From contig JAWLHY010000011.1 in the NCBI GenBank assembly GCA_041690135.1, forward strand, positions 32,001 through 96,000: a DNA stretch of 64,000 nucleotides, in the 5' to 3' direction. Under the pieces are notes generated by a model. It did no database searches, had not been told where the DNA came from, and saw only the letters and a program-made list of their open reading frames with translations. Both the position numbers and the translations under genes were made by a program. The first letter of the stretch is position 1, and the number at the start of each line of letters is the position of its first letter. The stretch comes from Armatimonadota bacterium. Lineage in GTDB: Bacteria > Armatimonadota > SYMT01. Shown here one piece after another: positions 19,516 to 30,408 of the stretch.

Positions 19516-20826
19516 TTGAACGCTGTCGCTACGCATACCGCACCACCCCAACCGCCCCTGGCACACCAACCCTGGAAGACTCGGTTCTATCTCATCTGGG
19601 CCGGCCAGGCGCTCTCGCTCGTCGGGAGCGCCCTGACGCAGTTCGTCCTGCTTTGGTGGATCACGCAGACCACCGGGTCCGCGGGCGCGCTCGCCACGGC
19701 CGGGATCATGGCCCTTCTCCCGCTGGCCCTGTTCAGCCCCCTGGGTGGCACACTGGCGGACCGCTACAGCCGCCGGGCGATCATGATCGTCGCCGACACG
19801 ATCACCGCGCTGTGTATGGTGGCCATCATCACGCTCTTCGCCACGGGCCGGGTGCAACTCTGGCACATCTACACGCTCATGTTCGTGCGCAGCACGATGC
19901 AGACGTTCCAGAGCCCGGCGGCCACGGCGAGCACCAGTATGCTGGTGCCCGCGGAAAAGCTGACCCACGCGGCGGGGCTGAGCCAGACGGTCCAGGGCCT
20001 GATGAGCATCGCCGCGGCGCCCCTGGGCGCGGTGGCCCTCGCCTGGCTGCCGCTCCAGGGAGCTCTCGCGATCGACGTGGTCACCGCGATCCTCGGTATC
20101 GTACCGCTGCTGTTCTACCGGATTCCGCAGGTCTACACCGCTCGGGAGACGCGCCAGAGCCTTTGGCAGGAGTTCCGGGCCGGTACGCAGGTGGTGCTGA
20201 GCCACCGCGGGCTCACCATTCTCTACGCGCTCCAGGCGCTGATGATCCTGATCGTCATTCCGACCTTCACCCTCACGCCTCTGCTGGTTCAGCGCCATTT
20301 TTCGGGCGGGGTCAACGAGGTGGCGATGATGGAGGGGTTCGCCGGGATCGGGATGCTAGCGGGCGGCGCGTTCATCAGTGTCTACCCGCTGTTCCGCCGC
20401 CGGATCGTCACCGTACTGGTGGCGTTCGCCGTTTCCTGCGCGTCCGTCGCCTTTGCGGCCGTGGCGCCCGGCGACCGGATCTGGCTGGGGGTGTTCTGGT
20501 GGTTCGTAAGCGGCGCGACCTACTCGATCGGGAATGCGCCGCTGCTGGCCGTTCTGCAAACCATCATCCCCAACGTGGCGCAGGGGCGAGCCCTCTCCCT
20601 TTTCAATATGCTGGTCGGGATTACGGGGCCGCTCGGGCTCGCGCTGGCCGCACCCCTAGGACAGGCGCTGGGGGTGCAGGTCCTCTTTATCGGCGCCGGG
20701 GCGCTTTCCGCCGTCGTGTGCCTGCTTGGGTTCTTTTCCACCAGCCTGATGCGGATCGAGGAAGTGCCCGTGGAGCTTCCCGCCGGGATGCACCCGCAGC
20801 CCGCCGGCAGCCCGGTCTGCGGGTGA
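19516..20826 (+). CDS. MFS transporter, DHA3 (MefA-like) family
   Basis: IWAGQALSLVGSALTQF, GTLADRYSRR, about 12 TM; TTG start inferred. Confidence 0.9.
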   Translation: MNAVATHTAPPQPPLAHQPWKTRFYLIWAGQALSLVGSALTQFVLLWWITQTTGSAGALATAGIMALLPLALFSPLGGTLADRYSRRAIMIVADTITALCMVAIITLFATGRVQLWHIYTLMFVRSTMQTFQSPAATASTSMLVPAEKLTHAAGLSQTVQGLMSIAAAPLGAVALAWLPLQGALAIDVVTAILGIVPLLFYRIPQVYTARETRQSLWQEFRAGTQVVLSHRGLTILYALQALMILIVIPTFTLTPLLVQRHFSGGVNEVAMMEGFAGIGMLAGGAFISVYPLFRRRIVTVLVAFAVSCASVAFAAVAPGDRIWLGVFWWFVSGATYSIGNAPLLAVLQTIIPNVAQGRALSLFNMLVGITGPLGLALAAPLGQALGVQVLFIGAGALSAVVCLLGFFSTSLMRIEEVPVELPAGMHPQPAGSPVCG

Positions 20827-20906
20827 CGCGGCATAGAAGCGTAGCCAGTTCGACTACTTCAAGCGTCCCTTCTGGCCAGAGGCACTGCCTTTGAAATCGC
20901 ACCGCT

Positions 20907-20955
20907 GTAGGGCGGATTCTCCGTCACCGCCTGGCTTTGTTTTCGCACCGGTCCT
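20907..20955 (+). repeat. GTAG REP-like element family A (other copies at 24288 and 59348)
   Basis: GTAGGGCGGA(N3-4)TCCGTCACCGCCTGG in three intergenic regions. Confidence 0.8.
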
Positions 20956-21020
20956 ACCGTGTGCTGCCAAATCCGGCGCTCTACGCCAGACAGATGCGCC
21001 ACTGCATGGTTGGTGGCCGA

Positions 21021-21914
21021 CTATCGCGGCTGCACCGCTTCCGTCGGGGACGGCTGATCCAGGGTGGCCAGGAGATTACGCTCGATCGTCTGGCTGATCT
21101 GCTCCAGGGGCAGGTCGTTGTCATCGTCGCCGAAGGGGTCCTCGATCTGGACACCGATCGCTTCGATCCCGAAGAAGATGAACGACACCACCAGTGTGTC
21201 CAGCACCGTCACCCAGCCGAACGGCTCCAGCAGCGCAAACGGCAGGGTCGCGCAGTAAAGCAGCAGCGCACGGCGCAGGTGGACGACATAGGCATAGGGC
21301 AGAGGGGTCTTGTGGATCCGCTCGCACACACCAAGGTAGTCCACCAGTAGCTGGACGTTCTTATCCAGCATCGCGGCCAAGTAGTCGGATAGGTGCCCCT
21401 CCCGGTGGGCGCGCGCAATCGTCTCGCTGATGCGGATGGTTACGGCCAGCGGGATGTGCTCCGCCTGGGCCACCGCCATTACCTGGTCTTGCGGCAGCCG
21501 GGTGGAAGAAGGACTCAATCCCTTCGTGCCCCGGAGGCTGTGCATCGCGGTATAGGGAAAGCAAGCGGTCCAGAGCACCGCCTGCTCGCACAGATCCTTC
21601 CGCCCGGGTAGCCACGCACGCAGTCCGCGGGCGAGGTTGCGCGTCTCGTTCACGATCCCGCCCCAGGCCTTGCGGCCCTCCCAGAAGCGGTCGTAAGAGG
21701 CATTCGTGCGGAAGACCAGCAGGAGGCTGAGCGCCACGCCTACGAGGGAGTGCAGTGTGCTGGGAATGGCGAGCGGCTGGATGTATTCGTGGATCCCGAC
21801 CACGGCGGCCGACCACAGGACGAGCAGGATGACCCGTCCGGTGATCTCTTTGACCAGCGAGCCCTTGATATCGAAGAGGTGGTCCAGCCACTTGTGGGCG
21901 TCGTATTCAATCAT
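21021..21914 (-). CDS. Bestrophin family channel (YneE-like)
   Basis: LLVFRTNASYDRFWEGRKAWG, CERIHKTPLPYAY, IEDPFGDDDNDLPLE. Confidence 0.95.
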   Translation of the reverse strand: MIEYDAHKWLDHLFDIKGSLVKEITGRVILLVLWSAAVVGIHEYIQPLAIPSTLHSLVGVALSLLLVFRTNASYDRFWEGRKAWGGIVNETRNLARGLRAWLPGRKDLCEQAVLWTACFPYTAMHSLRGTKGLSPSSTRLPQDQVMAVAQAEHIPLAVTIRISETIARAHREGHLSDYLAAMLDKNVQLLVDYLGVCERIHKTPLPYAYVVHLRRALLLYCATLPFALLEPFGWVTVLDTLVVSFIFFGIEAIGVQIEDPFGDDDNDLPLEQISQTIERNLLATLDQPSPTEAVQPR

Positions 21915-22063
21915 GCAGAGGTTTCCCGAAGGGAACTGTATCACGGCTCCGCGATCTCTCCGGCCGGCAAGGGCTTTGGGCCAGCGGCGCCGAATGCTAC
22001 TACGCGGGAAATGCGCGGCTTCGTTCAAGAGGCCGCGGATCTCGCGGATGGGACCTGTAGTTT

Positions 22064-23344
22064 ATGGGAACGGCGACTCTCAACGACGAGCAGCAGCCGG
22101 AAGTGCCCGAGGCCGCCTCCGTACCCCCGAAGGACCCGCCGGAGTTCTACCGCCAGGGCGCGGTACTGGCGGCGGGATGGCTGGCGACCAACCTGGGGCT
22201 GCAGATCGCCACGCTGCCGCTCAAGTTCGTGCTCAAGGATGAGCTGCTGCTCACCACCGCGGCGGTCTCCAGCTTCTTCGCCATCGGCCACTTCAGCAAC
22301 TACGTCAAGCCCCTGGCGGGGGTGATGACGGACAGCATCCCCCTGTGCGGCACCCGCCGCCGGCACTACCTCCTCTTCAGCCTGCTCGCGACCGGAATCT
22401 TCTGGGTCCTGCTGAGCCTGGTTCCCCGGCAATACGGTTGGATGCTCCCCGTGTACACCGTGATGTACATCGGCGTAGTGTTCACCAGCAGCACCCTGGG
22501 CGGGGTGATGGTTGAAGCGGGCGCGCGGTTCCGGGCGGCCGGGCGTCTCACGGCGCAGCGCATCGGGATGTTCAAGGTCGCGGAGCTCGCCGGAGGGCCG
22601 CTCGGCGGGTACCTGGCCACGTTCCCCTTCGTCGTGCCGGCATGCCTGGGGGCGGTCCTCCACCTCCTGCTGATCCCGTTCCTGATGCGCTTCCTGCCCA
22701 AGGAGCCGCCCGCGAAGCTGGACCGCAGCGTGTGGGTGGAAGTGGCCCGCCAGGGGAAGGTTCTTATCTCCAGCCGTACCCTGCTCGGCGCCGCGGGCAT
22801 GATCTTCCTGCTGGCCGCATCGCCGGGGATGAACACGCCGCTGTTCTTCTACCAGACCAACGTCCTCCATTTCCCGCGGGAGTTCGTCGGCTTTCTCTCC
22901 CTCGTCGGCGCCCTGGCCGGAATGACGGCGGCGACGATCTACTACCATGCCTGCCGTCGCTATAACCTCCGGACGCTCGTGGCGGCGAGTATCGTCATCC
23001 ACACGCTGGGCGGGCTTTGCTACCTGGGCTATGTATCCCGGGAGACCGCCATCCTGATCACCGCCATCAACGGCATGTCCAACACCATGGCGATGCTGCC
23101 GGTTTACGACATCGCTACCCGCGCCACCCCTCGCGGCAGTGAAGCGATCGGCTACGCCGTGATGATGAGCATGTGGAACCTCACCAACGCCCTCTCGGAC
23201 CTGACCGGTTCCCTTATCTTCGACGCGCTCCACCGCACCCTGGCGCCGCTGGTCTGGATCGATGCCGGCACGACGCTGCTGGTCCTCTTCGCCGTCCCCT
23301 TCATGCCCAAAGCCCTGAGCACTCGCGAGGACCAGTTGGCCTGA
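22064..23344 (+). CDS. MFS transporter (folate-biopterin/BT1-like)
   Basis: YVKPLAGVMTDSIPLCGTRRRHY motif, about 12 TM. Confidence 0.8.
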   Translation: MGTATLNDEQQPEVPEAASVPPKDPPEFYRQGAVLAAGWLATNLGLQIATLPLKFVLKDELLLTTAAVSSFFAIGHFSNYVKPLAGVMTDSIPLCGTRRRHYLLFSLLATGIFWVLLSLVPRQYGWMLPVYTVMYIGVVFTSSTLGGVMVEAGARFRAAGRLTAQRIGMFKVAELAGGPLGGYLATFPFVVPACLGAVLHLLLIPFLMRFLPKEPPAKLDRSVWVEVARQGKVLISSRTLLGAAGMIFLLAASPGMNTPLFFYQTNVLHFPREFVGFLSLVGALAGMTAATIYYHACRRYNLRTLVAASIVIHTLGGLCYLGYVSRETAILITAINGMSNTMAMLPVYDIATRATPRGSEAIGYAVMMSMWNLTNALSDLTGSLIFDALHRTLAPLVWIDAGTTLLVLFAVPFMPKALSTREDQLA

Positions 23345-23430
23345 CAACACTTGAATGTCATCGGTTGACGCAGGAAGTATTGACGGATAGCATGCGGTTG
23401 TCTGCTCCGAAGCACGGAGAGGAGGTCCGG

Positions 23431-24174
23431 ATGAGCGTTGCAGTAGAGCCCGTCCATTACCCGGAATCGGATGGGAAGCCCATGGCCGAAACCGACGTCC
23501 ATCGGGACGAAATGGTCTATTTCATCGAGGCGCTGCGAGAGCACTTCCGCGATCGGGAGGCGTACGTATCAGGCAACCTTCTCCTCTACTACGTGGAAGG
23601 CGACCCCAAGAAATGCGTTTCGCCGGACTGCCTGGTGGCCTTCGACCGTCCCGCCGGGCGTCGACGCATCTACAAGACGTGGGAAGAGGGCAAAGTCCCG
23701 GACGTCGTGATCGAAGTGACCTCCTCCAGCACGCGTAGGGAAGACCAGGTCACCAAGCGCAGCCTGTACGCGCGCCTCGGTGTCCGTGAATTGTGGCTGG
23801 TGGACCCGCTCGGGGATTACCTGCGAGCACCCTTCCGGGGATACCGCCTGGAGGGCGGAGACTGGCAAGAGATTCCGGTCGAACGCGGCCAGGCTCGCAG
23901 CCCTCTGCTGGGCCTGGACTTCCGCGTGACGGAAGATGGGGTGCGTCTGTACGACCCGGCGCGGGACCGTTTCCTGCCCTCCCCGGCTGACCTTGCCAAC
24001 CAGTTACGGTATGCCTCGGCGGAGTTGCAGCAGACGTCGGCGGAGTTGCAGCAGACCTCCGAGCACCTGCGTGAAACGGAGGCGGCGCTCCGGGCGCGCG
24101 AAGAGGAGAACGCGCGCCTGCGCGCCCTCCTCGCGAGATTGCAGCAGCAGGGGAGCGCACAGGAAGACCGGTAA
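23431..24174 (+). CDS. Uma2 family endonuclease (DUF820)
   Basis: YPESDGKPMAETDVH, VSPDC, PDVVIEVTSSSTRRED, coiled-coil tail containing a 21-bp tandem duplication (24016-24057). Confidence 0.92.
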   Translation: MSVAVEPVHYPESDGKPMAETDVHRDEMVYFIEALREHFRDREAYVSGNLLLYYVEGDPKKCVSPDCLVAFDRPAGRRRIYKTWEEGKVPDVVIEVTSSSTRREDQVTKRSLYARLGVRELWLVDPLGDYLRAPFRGYRLEGGDWQEIPVERGQARSPLLGLDFRVTEDGVRLYDPARDRFLPSPADLANQLRYASAELQQTSAELQQTSEHLRETEAALRAREEENARLRALLARLQQQGSAQEDR

Positions 24175-24287
24175 TCGAGTCTTGCCGGTGCACTCCTCCT
24201 GGCGCAGCCGAGAAGCAGGGCACAGGTAGGGAACGTCTCACTGTTTGTCTGGGCAATAAGACGGGCTCCGTCCTTGCACCTGCAAAA

Positions 24288-24337
24288 GTAGGGCGGAAAG
24301 CTCCGTCACCGCCTGGCCTTGGACTCGCACCCGTCCT
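24288..24337 (+). repeat. GTAG REP-like element family A
   Basis: GTAGGGCGGAAAGCTCCGTCACCGCCTGG; a second GTAGGGAACGTCTC element lies near 24226. Confidence 0.8.
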
Positions 24338-24375
24338 GACTGCTCGGTTTCTCCCACGCACCACGTAACCCCAGC

Positions 24376-25101
24376 TCAGCCCCGCCGGTGCAGCAACGGC
24401 CCGGTCAGGTCGGAGAGGCGCAGCCGCTGCCTCCCTTCGGAATCGAAGTTCTCCGGGTCCAGCCACTGCCGGAATGCCGCGTCCAGGGCGGGCCAGTCGC
24501 GGTCGATTACCGCGTACCAGGCGGTATCGCGGTTCCGACCCTTGTACACCGTTGCCTGGCGGAAAATGCCCTCGAACGAGAAGCCGAGGCGCTGGGCGGC
24601 CGCGCGGGAAGGCTCGTTCAGGCTGTCACACTTCCACTCGTAGCGCCGGTAGCCCAGGTCGAACGCCTGCCGCATCATCAGGTACATCGCCTCGGTTGCC
24701 ACCGGCGTCCGCTGCAGGCGCGGCGAATAGTGCAAGTGCCCCACCTCGAGCGAACCGCTCGCCGGGCTGATGCGCAGATAACTTGCCACCCCCACCGGAG
24801 CGCCCGTCGCGGTCTCCACGATGGCGTGGAAGAGCGGATCCTCTCCCAGGCAGGTGGACCGCATCCAGCCGAGGTAAGCCTCTCCGGTTGGAAAGGGACC
24901 GTACGGCAGGTAGGTCCAGCTACGGCCCTCCGTGTCTTCCCGTGCGGCCTCCCAAAGCCCTGCGGCGTGCCGGTCGAGATCCAGTGCTTCCACCCGGCAA
25001 TAACGCCCCTCCATCGCCTCCCGCGGCGGCAGCGGGGGAGGCGACCACCCTTCCATCGGCAATCCCACCCGCTGCCCCAGCTCATTCAACCGGCTATCCA
25101 C
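24376..25101 (-). CDS. GNAT acetyltransferase (RimJ/RimL family)
   Basis: LGYRRYEWKCDSLNEPSRAAAQRLGFSFEGIFRQ...GRNRDTAWY. Confidence 0.93.
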   Translation of the reverse strand: MDSRLNELGQRVGLPMEGWSPPPLPPREAMEGRYCRVEALDLDRHAAGLWEAAREDTEGRSWTYLPYGPFPTGEAYLGWMRSTCLGEDPLFHAIVETATGAPVGVASYLRISPASGSLEVGHLHYSPRLQRTPVATEAMYLMMRQAFDLGYRRYEWKCDSLNEPSRAAAQRLGFSFEGIFRQATVYKGRNRDTAWYAVIDRDWPALDAAFRQWLDPENFDSEGRQRLRLSDLTGPLLHRRG

Positions 25102-25144
25102 CCTTGTATCCTCCCTACATCCACGAAAACTGGACGAATGCAGG

Positions 25145-25190
25145 TTAACACGTGTAAAACTTCCTCAGCCATGGCTTTAACACGTGTTAG
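25145..25190. promoter_or_regulatory. Two LacI-type operators
   Basis: TAACACGTGTAA (25146) and perfect palindrome TAACACGTGTTA (25178), 32 bp apart, upstream of the LacI gene. Confidence 0.75.
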
Positions 25191-25273
25191 CTCTCATTTC
25201 TCCTGACGCTCCTGACGTCCCATTTGCGGCGTATGCCTTGGCGGTTCATTTCCGATCAGGATCTGCTTAAACG

Positions 25274-26332
25274 GTGCCCCCGAAGATCGACAGTTTTGCG
25301 GTAGCCCGGCGGGCCGGGGTATCGCGGACCACCGTTTCCCACGTGCTCAACGACCGGCGGGACATCGCGATCGCGGAGAGCACGCGGGCGCGGGTGCTGG
25401 CGGTGGCGGCGGAGTTGGGGTATCGGCCCAACGCTGTGGCCCGCAGCCTGGTCCGGGGCCGCACGCGCACCCTTGGGGTCATCGTGCCGGCGCTCAGCCT
25501 CAACCTGGTAGGGCGGATGGTGAACGGCATCCAGGACGCCTGCGACCGGCACGATTTCCGCCTGCTGGTGGCCCAGGGCCGGGGGGAGCCGGATCTCGAG
25601 CGCGCGCAGGGGAGCCTCCTACTGGAGCACCGGGTCGAAGGGCTGATCTGCCTCCCCGGCCGTCACAGCGTCGAGCAAACCCGGAGGTGGCTTTCCGGGT
25701 TGGCCGATGAAGGAACGCCCTCCGTGCTGGTGGATGAACGGATCGCCGATCCCCGCATCGACTTCGTGCTCGGTGATGACGCAGGCGGCGCGGCGGCGAT
25801 GGTTCGTCACCTGCTGTCATTGGGGCACCGACGCATCGCCCACTTCTGCGGCAACCAGAGCGTGCGCATTGGCCAGGAGCGGCTTCAGGGCTACCGCATG
25901 GCCCTGCGGGAGAGCGGCCTTCCCATGGACGAAGCGCTCATCGTCCACTACTCGCTGGAAGAGGCCGGTATCGAGGTGGCGCTGGAGCAGGTGCTTTCTC
26001 TCGCCGAACCGCCGACAGCTCTTTTCGCCGCCAACGACTTCCTGGCGGCCAGCCTCTATCGCCTCCTGGTGCGTCGAGGCCTCCGGGTGCCGGAGGACAT
26101 GGCGGTCACCGGGTTCGGCGATGTCGGGGCCGCTTCGTCCTTGCGGCTCACTACGGTAAGTCATCCGGCCCGGGAGATGGGGGAGCAGGCCGCACTGCGG
26201 CTGTTCGCCCGCATTGAAGAACCCGGGCGGTCCGCGGAGGGCCTGGCCCTCCCCACGCAACTCATCATCCGTGAGACCTGCGGCGCGGCGCAGGCATCTT
26301 CACGCTCCGGCGTCCCCGGAAGGGCTGCTTGA
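25274..26332 (+). CDS. LacI family regulator
   Basis: [48 protein letters not shown]. Confidence 0.95.
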   Translation: MPPKIDSFAVARRAGVSRTTVSHVLNDRRDIAIAESTRARVLAVAAELGYRPNAVARSLVRGRTRTLGVIVPALSLNLVGRMVNGIQDACDRHDFRLLVAQGRGEPDLERAQGSLLLEHRVEGLICLPGRHSVEQTRRWLSGLADEGTPSVLVDERIADPRIDFVLGDDAGGAAAMVRHLLSLGHRRIAHFCGNQSVRIGQERLQGYRMALRESGLPMDEALIVHYSLEEAGIEVALEQVLSLAEPPTALFAANDFLAASLYRLLVRRGLRVPEDMAVTGFGDVGAASSLRLTTVSHPAREMGEQAALRLFARIEEPGRSAEGLALPTQLIIRETCGAAQASSRSGVPGRAA

Positions 26333-26369
26333 AACGTGTCCACTCTCTTCTCTGCAAAGGAGCCGAGCC

Positions 26370-27149
26370 ATGAGCCGGAGACGTGGGTTTACACTGATCG
26401 AACTGCTGGTAGTGATTGCCATAATAGCCATTCTGGCTGCCATCCTGTTCCCCGTGTTTGCGCAGGCGCGCGACAAGGCGCGCCAGGCGACGTGCCAGAG
26501 CAACATGCGCCAGCTCGGCACGGCGATTTCGATGTACACGCAGGACTATGACGAGCTGTACCCGAAGACCCAGTCGGGGGCCATCTTGATCACCATCCGG
26601 CCGTATACGAAGAACAAGGACATCTGGAAGTGCGCCAGTCGCTCGGGGCAGTACCGCGTTTCCGATATCGCGGTCGGGGGGACGAGTACGATCCTGGAAG
26701 TCGCGGTGGTGGGCATCATGTGGAACAGCGACCTGTTCGGTGGTTTTGGCGGCAGCAGCCCGCGCTCTATCGCGGAGGCCCAGGAGCCGGCCGATACGGT
26801 GATGTTCATTGATAACGATGTCTCCGCGCCTCCATGCACCTCCCTGAACGTCACCGATCCGGCCTGCGCCGCCACGACCGCCCAACTGGGTCTCACGGCT
26901 TGCCAGGACGCGCGCCACGTGCAGGGTTGGAACACGCGTTGGGGGGTGCAGCCGATGCACAATAACTCCCGCATCGGCGCCAAGCACGCCGGGGGAGGCA
27001 ACTTCACGTTTGCGGACGGCCACGTCAAGTGGTTCAAGAGCCCGCCATCGGACTGCCGGAATTGGTCGCCCCGGATGGCGGCGGGCACCAACATCTTCAG
27101 CACTGCCGCTTGCCGGCCGTCCGGCCAGCCGGCCACCTGGTGTAACTGA
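26370..27149 (+). CDS. DUF1559 prepilin-type / H-X9-DG protein
   Basis: [33 protein letters not shown]; [17 protein letters not shown]. Confidence 0.93.
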   Translation: MSRRRGFTLIELLVVIAIIAILAAILFPVFAQARDKARQATCQSNMRQLGTAISMYTQDYDELYPKTQSGAILITIRPYTKNKDIWKCASRSGQYRVSDIAVGGTSTILEVAVVGIMWNSDLFGGFGGSSPRSIAEAQEPADTVMFIDNDVSAPPCTSLNVTDPACAATTAQLGLTACQDARHVQGWNTRWGVQPMHNNSRIGAKHAGGGNFTFADGHVKWFKSPPSDCRNWSPRMAAGTNIFSTAACRPSGQPATWCN

Positions 27150-27167
27150 GAATTGAGGGGATGCGGT

Positions 27168-29819
27168 ATGGGTCGTAACTGGACTTTAGGCCTCTTGCTA
27201 CCGGTCGGATTGGGCGTAGGTGTCGCATGCCGTGCCGCCGCCGGCCCGGCGCTGCCCACCCCTGGCACGACCGTCGCGGCCAGAATCCCGTCGACGCAGC
27301 CGGGGCCGGTACAGGTAGAGCTATTCGAGAACCTGCCGGCGGGCTCCGAGCTGGACCCAGGGGCCGGCGAGCCGGCCGAGATCTACACCGAGCCCGCCTT
27401 CGGGTTCGTACGCACCCCGGCAAAGTACTCGTTGAACGCGCTGCCGCTCGACCGCTCGGCTCCGTTCGTGCTGCGGGCCACCCAGGAAGCCCGCCTGCCC
27501 GCGGGAAGCTATCAGTTCCGGCTCCGCGCGCGGGGGGCGGCCCGGCTGCTGCTGGACGGCAAGGTGCTGGGCGAAACGAAGCCGCAGAAGCCGAACGGCT
27601 CCGCCCACCACGATGTTCCCCCGGAACCGCCGAAGACCGATGTCCCGATGCGACCGCTGCCGGCCCCGCACCAGGAAGTGGTGGTGCCGGTGCGCCTGGA
27701 TGGAGCCGCGCACCGGTTCACCCTGGTGGCGGTGATCGGCGGCAAGGGCCTCACCCCCACGCCCGGAGAGCTGTCGGTCAGCTACGGCAAAGCCGGCGAG
27801 ATGCCACGGCTGCTGGGCGGCGAGGACGCCCCACTGTTGACGGACGAGGGCTGGGAGGCCTATGCCGAACAGGCCCAGGCGCGGCATCTCGCGCAGGACA
27901 CGGTCCGGCGGCGCACCCAGAGCGCTCCGGTGATCGCCGCCTGGGACGCGCGCCACGCGAGGGTCCGCGAGTGGCTCCGCACCCGTCCCGCCGCGAAGAT
28001 ACCGGCGATCGGTCCCAAGTTACCGGTCTACAATGCGGTCGACCGCTTCGTCGGCGCCCGGCTGCAGGCGGCGAAGGTCGCTCCCACGGCGCTGACCTCC
28101 GATCTCGAGTTCCTCCGCCGCCTGGCGCTCGACACCACGGGGGTAATCCCCACGGCCGCGGAGATTCGCGCCTTCCTGCGCGATCCGCAGCCGGTCCGGC
28201 GGAAACGGGCCATCGAACGGTACCTGGCCGGCCCCGGCTGGGCGGACCACTGGGTGAGCTACTGGCAGGACGTGCTGGCGGAGAACCCCGGTATCCTCAA
28301 GCCGGACCTGAACAACAGCGGTCCCTTCCGCTGGTGGCTCCACCAGTCCCTCGCCGATAACGTGCCGTTCGACCGCCTGGTGACGGAACTGATCCAGATG
28401 CAGGGCAGCGCGGTGCAGGGAGCGCCCTCCGGTTTCGCCCAGGCCTCTTTCAACGACGCGCCCATGGCCGCCAAGGCGGACATCCTCTCGCAGGCGTTCC
28501 TGGGGCAGAACCTTTCCTGCGCCCGCTGCCACGACGCTCCGGCCCATCCGTTCAAGCAGAAGGAGCTGTTCGCCATCTCGGCGATGCTGACCGGCAAGGC
28601 CGTCACGATCCCCGAGACCAGCACGGTGCGCGTGGTGGCCGGCTTCCACGTGCCGCGGGTCAAAGTGACCACCCAGCCCGGCGAGCCGATTCCGCCGGCG
28701 TGGCCGTTCCAGGACCTGGCTGCCAGGACGACCTTCGCGGTACCCGGTCCCTTCCTGAAGGAGACGGGGGCGAAAGCCGCCACCCTGGCGACCCGGACCG
28801 AACTGGCCTCACTGATCGTGGCGCCGGAGAACGAGCGGTTTGCGCAGGTGCTGGTGAACCGGGTGTGGCAGCGGCTCATGGGAAAAGGCCTGGTGGAGCC
28901 GGCGGATGACTGGACGCGTGGCCGTCCCTCCGATCCGGAGTTACTCCGCTACCTGGCGCGCGAGTTCGTGGCGAGCGGCTACGACGTGAAGGCCGTGGCC
29001 CGGCTCATCCTCTCCTCGCACGCCTACCAGCGGAAGCCGATGGCCATGGCGCCGGAGGAGTCCGTCCCGGCCGACCGCCTCTTCGCCGGCCCGTACCGGC
29101 GGCGGATGAGTGCGGAGCAGTTGGTCGACTCCCTTTTCCAGGGGGTGGGCAAGCAGTTCCGCAGCGAGGAGCTGAACCTGAGCCCCCTCGGCGACCGTCC
29201 GCTGACGCAGTTCCTCAACCTCGGCACCCCGTGCCGGGCGTGGGAGTTCACCGCCCTCTCGAACGAGCGGGACCGCCCCTCGCTGGCTCTCCCGATCGCC
29301 CAGTCCATCAGCGACGTGCTCACCGTCTACGGCTGGCGGCAGGCGCGGCAGAACCCGGCCACGCTGCGGGACGACGCCCCGACCCCGATCCAGACGCTGA
29401 TCCTGGCGAACGGCATCATGGGCACCCGCATCACCCGTCTTTCGGACGACAGCGAGTTCACGGAGCTTTGCCTGGAGGACCGCCCGCTGAACGAGCTGGT
29501 CCGCGAGTTGTTCCTGCGGATCCTCTCCCGCCCGCCCTCAATGAAGGAGAGCCTGGCGTTCCAGGAATACCTGCGGCCGCACTACGCCACCCGGGTGGTG
29601 AAGGGTGCCAAAAAGCGGAAGACGACCCTCGGGCCGGACCGCCGCGTCTCCTGGGCCAACCACCTCAGCGAGAAGGCGAACGAGATCCGCCTGGAAGAAG
29701 AGCGCCGCCTCCGCCTCGGCGATGAGCCCACCGCCCGCCTCACCCCCGCTTTCCGCGAGCGCTTCGAAGACGTGCTCTGGGCCGTAGTCAACTCGCCGGA
29801 ATTCGTCGTCGTGCCGTAA
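27168..29819 (+). CDS. DUF1549/DUF1553 (PSD1-type) secreted protein
   Basis: FLRRLALDTTGVIPT, CARCHD heme-binding-like motif, VNRVWQRLMGKGLVEP, EDVLWAVVNSPEF. Confidence 0.9.
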   Translation: MGRNWTLGLLLPVGLGVGVACRAAAGPALPTPGTTVAARIPSTQPGPVQVELFENLPAGSELDPGAGEPAEIYTEPAFGFVRTPAKYSLNALPLDRSAPFVLRATQEARLPAGSYQFRLRARGAARLLLDGKVLGETKPQKPNGSAHHDVPPEPPKTDVPMRPLPAPHQEVVVPVRLDGAAHRFTLVAVIGGKGLTPTPGELSVSYGKAGEMPRLLGGEDAPLLTDEGWEAYAEQAQARHLAQDTVRRRTQSAPVIAAWDARHARVREWLRTRPAAKIPAIGPKLPVYNAVDRFVGARLQAAKVAPTALTSDLEFLRRLALDTTGVIPTAAEIRAFLRDPQPVRRKRAIERYLAGPGWADHWVSYWQDVLAENPGILKPDLNNSGPFRWWLHQSLADNVPFDRLVTELIQMQGSAVQGAPSGFAQASFNDAPMAAKADILSQAFLGQNLSCARCHDAPAHPFKQKELFAISAMLTGKAVTIPETSTVRVVAGFHVPRVKVTTQPGEPIPPAWPFQDLAARTTFAVPGPFLKETGAKAATLATRTELASLIVAPENERFAQVLVNRVWQRLMGKGLVEPADDWTRGRPSDPELLRYLAREFVASGYDVKAVARLILSSHAYQRKPMAMAPEESVPADRLFAGPYRRRMSAEQLVDSLFQGVGKQFRSEELNLSPLGDRPLTQFLNLGTPCRAWEFTALSNERDRPSLALPIAQSISDVLTVYGWRQARQNPATLRDDAPTPIQTLILANGIMGTRITRLSDDSEFTELCLEDRPLNELVRELFLRILSRPPSMKESLAFQEYLRPHYATRVVKGAKKRKTTLGPDRRVSWANHLSEKANEIRLEEERRLRLGDEPTARLTPAFRERFEDVLWAVVNSPEFVVVP

Positions 29820-30078
29820 TGCGTGATCCGTAATACGTAAGGGAACCGCTCGCGATCAGGAGCGAGAGGAGAATCTGTGGCCAGCGCTGCGCGGGCCAAC
29901 ACGAAAACGCGAAAGGGCGAAAACGCGAAAACGAATTGTGCTAGTTTCTGCCTTACATCAACAGAAACGACGTCATCGCGAGGAGCGAGGTTGACAAACC
30001 GGCTTCATTGATAGCTAACCGCAGTCAGGTTAGAGAACCGAAGTGAAGGTACTCAAGCCGCCGCAAGCGACGTGGCGA

Positions 30079-30375
30079 GCCCCCTGGTCAGGGGTGCTGT
30101 CCTTATACGGATCGGCAGCCTCCTGGTCAGGGAACACGTCTTGGGGCGGGCGTCATTATCCTTATCGTTGTCCTGGTCCTAATCCATCCCGCCCCCTGGT
30201 CAGGGCACCGGTCATTACACGGAGTCTTTATCCTTATCCATCCCGCCTCCTGGTCAGGGCACTCGACCTGACCAGGGACTCCTTGTCCTAATCGTAATCC
30301 TGGTCCTAATCCATCCCGCTCCCTGGTCAGGGAAGTCGTTCTGGAGCAGGACTCATTATCCTTATCCTTATCTTT
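30079..30375. repeat. Intergenic array of CCTGGTCAGGG palindromic units with hexamer (CTTATC) repeats
   Basis: Direct copies at 30083, 30122, 30195, 30249 and 30322, one inverted copy at 30267; 35-nt units at 30171 and 30298 are 34/35 identical. Confidence 0.85.
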
Positions 30376-30408
30376 ACCGTCCCAAGAGCGTAGTTGGAGA
30401 TAGATCGA

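Noticed and set aside
24016-24057. 21-bp tandem duplication (SAELQQT x2) in Uma2
   Set aside because: Heptad expansion is common in Uma2 coiled-coil tails
29992-30020. TTGACA as a sigma70 -35 element
   Set aside because: No convincing -10 at 16-18 nt spacing
30043-30291. 82-aa ORF across the repeat array
   Set aside because: No RBS, atypical codon usage, content explained by the DNA repeats
30079-30375. CRISPR array interpretation of the repeats
   Set aside because: Irregular period, spacers share sequence, one copy is inverted, no cas genes; kept only as an unexplained repeat array
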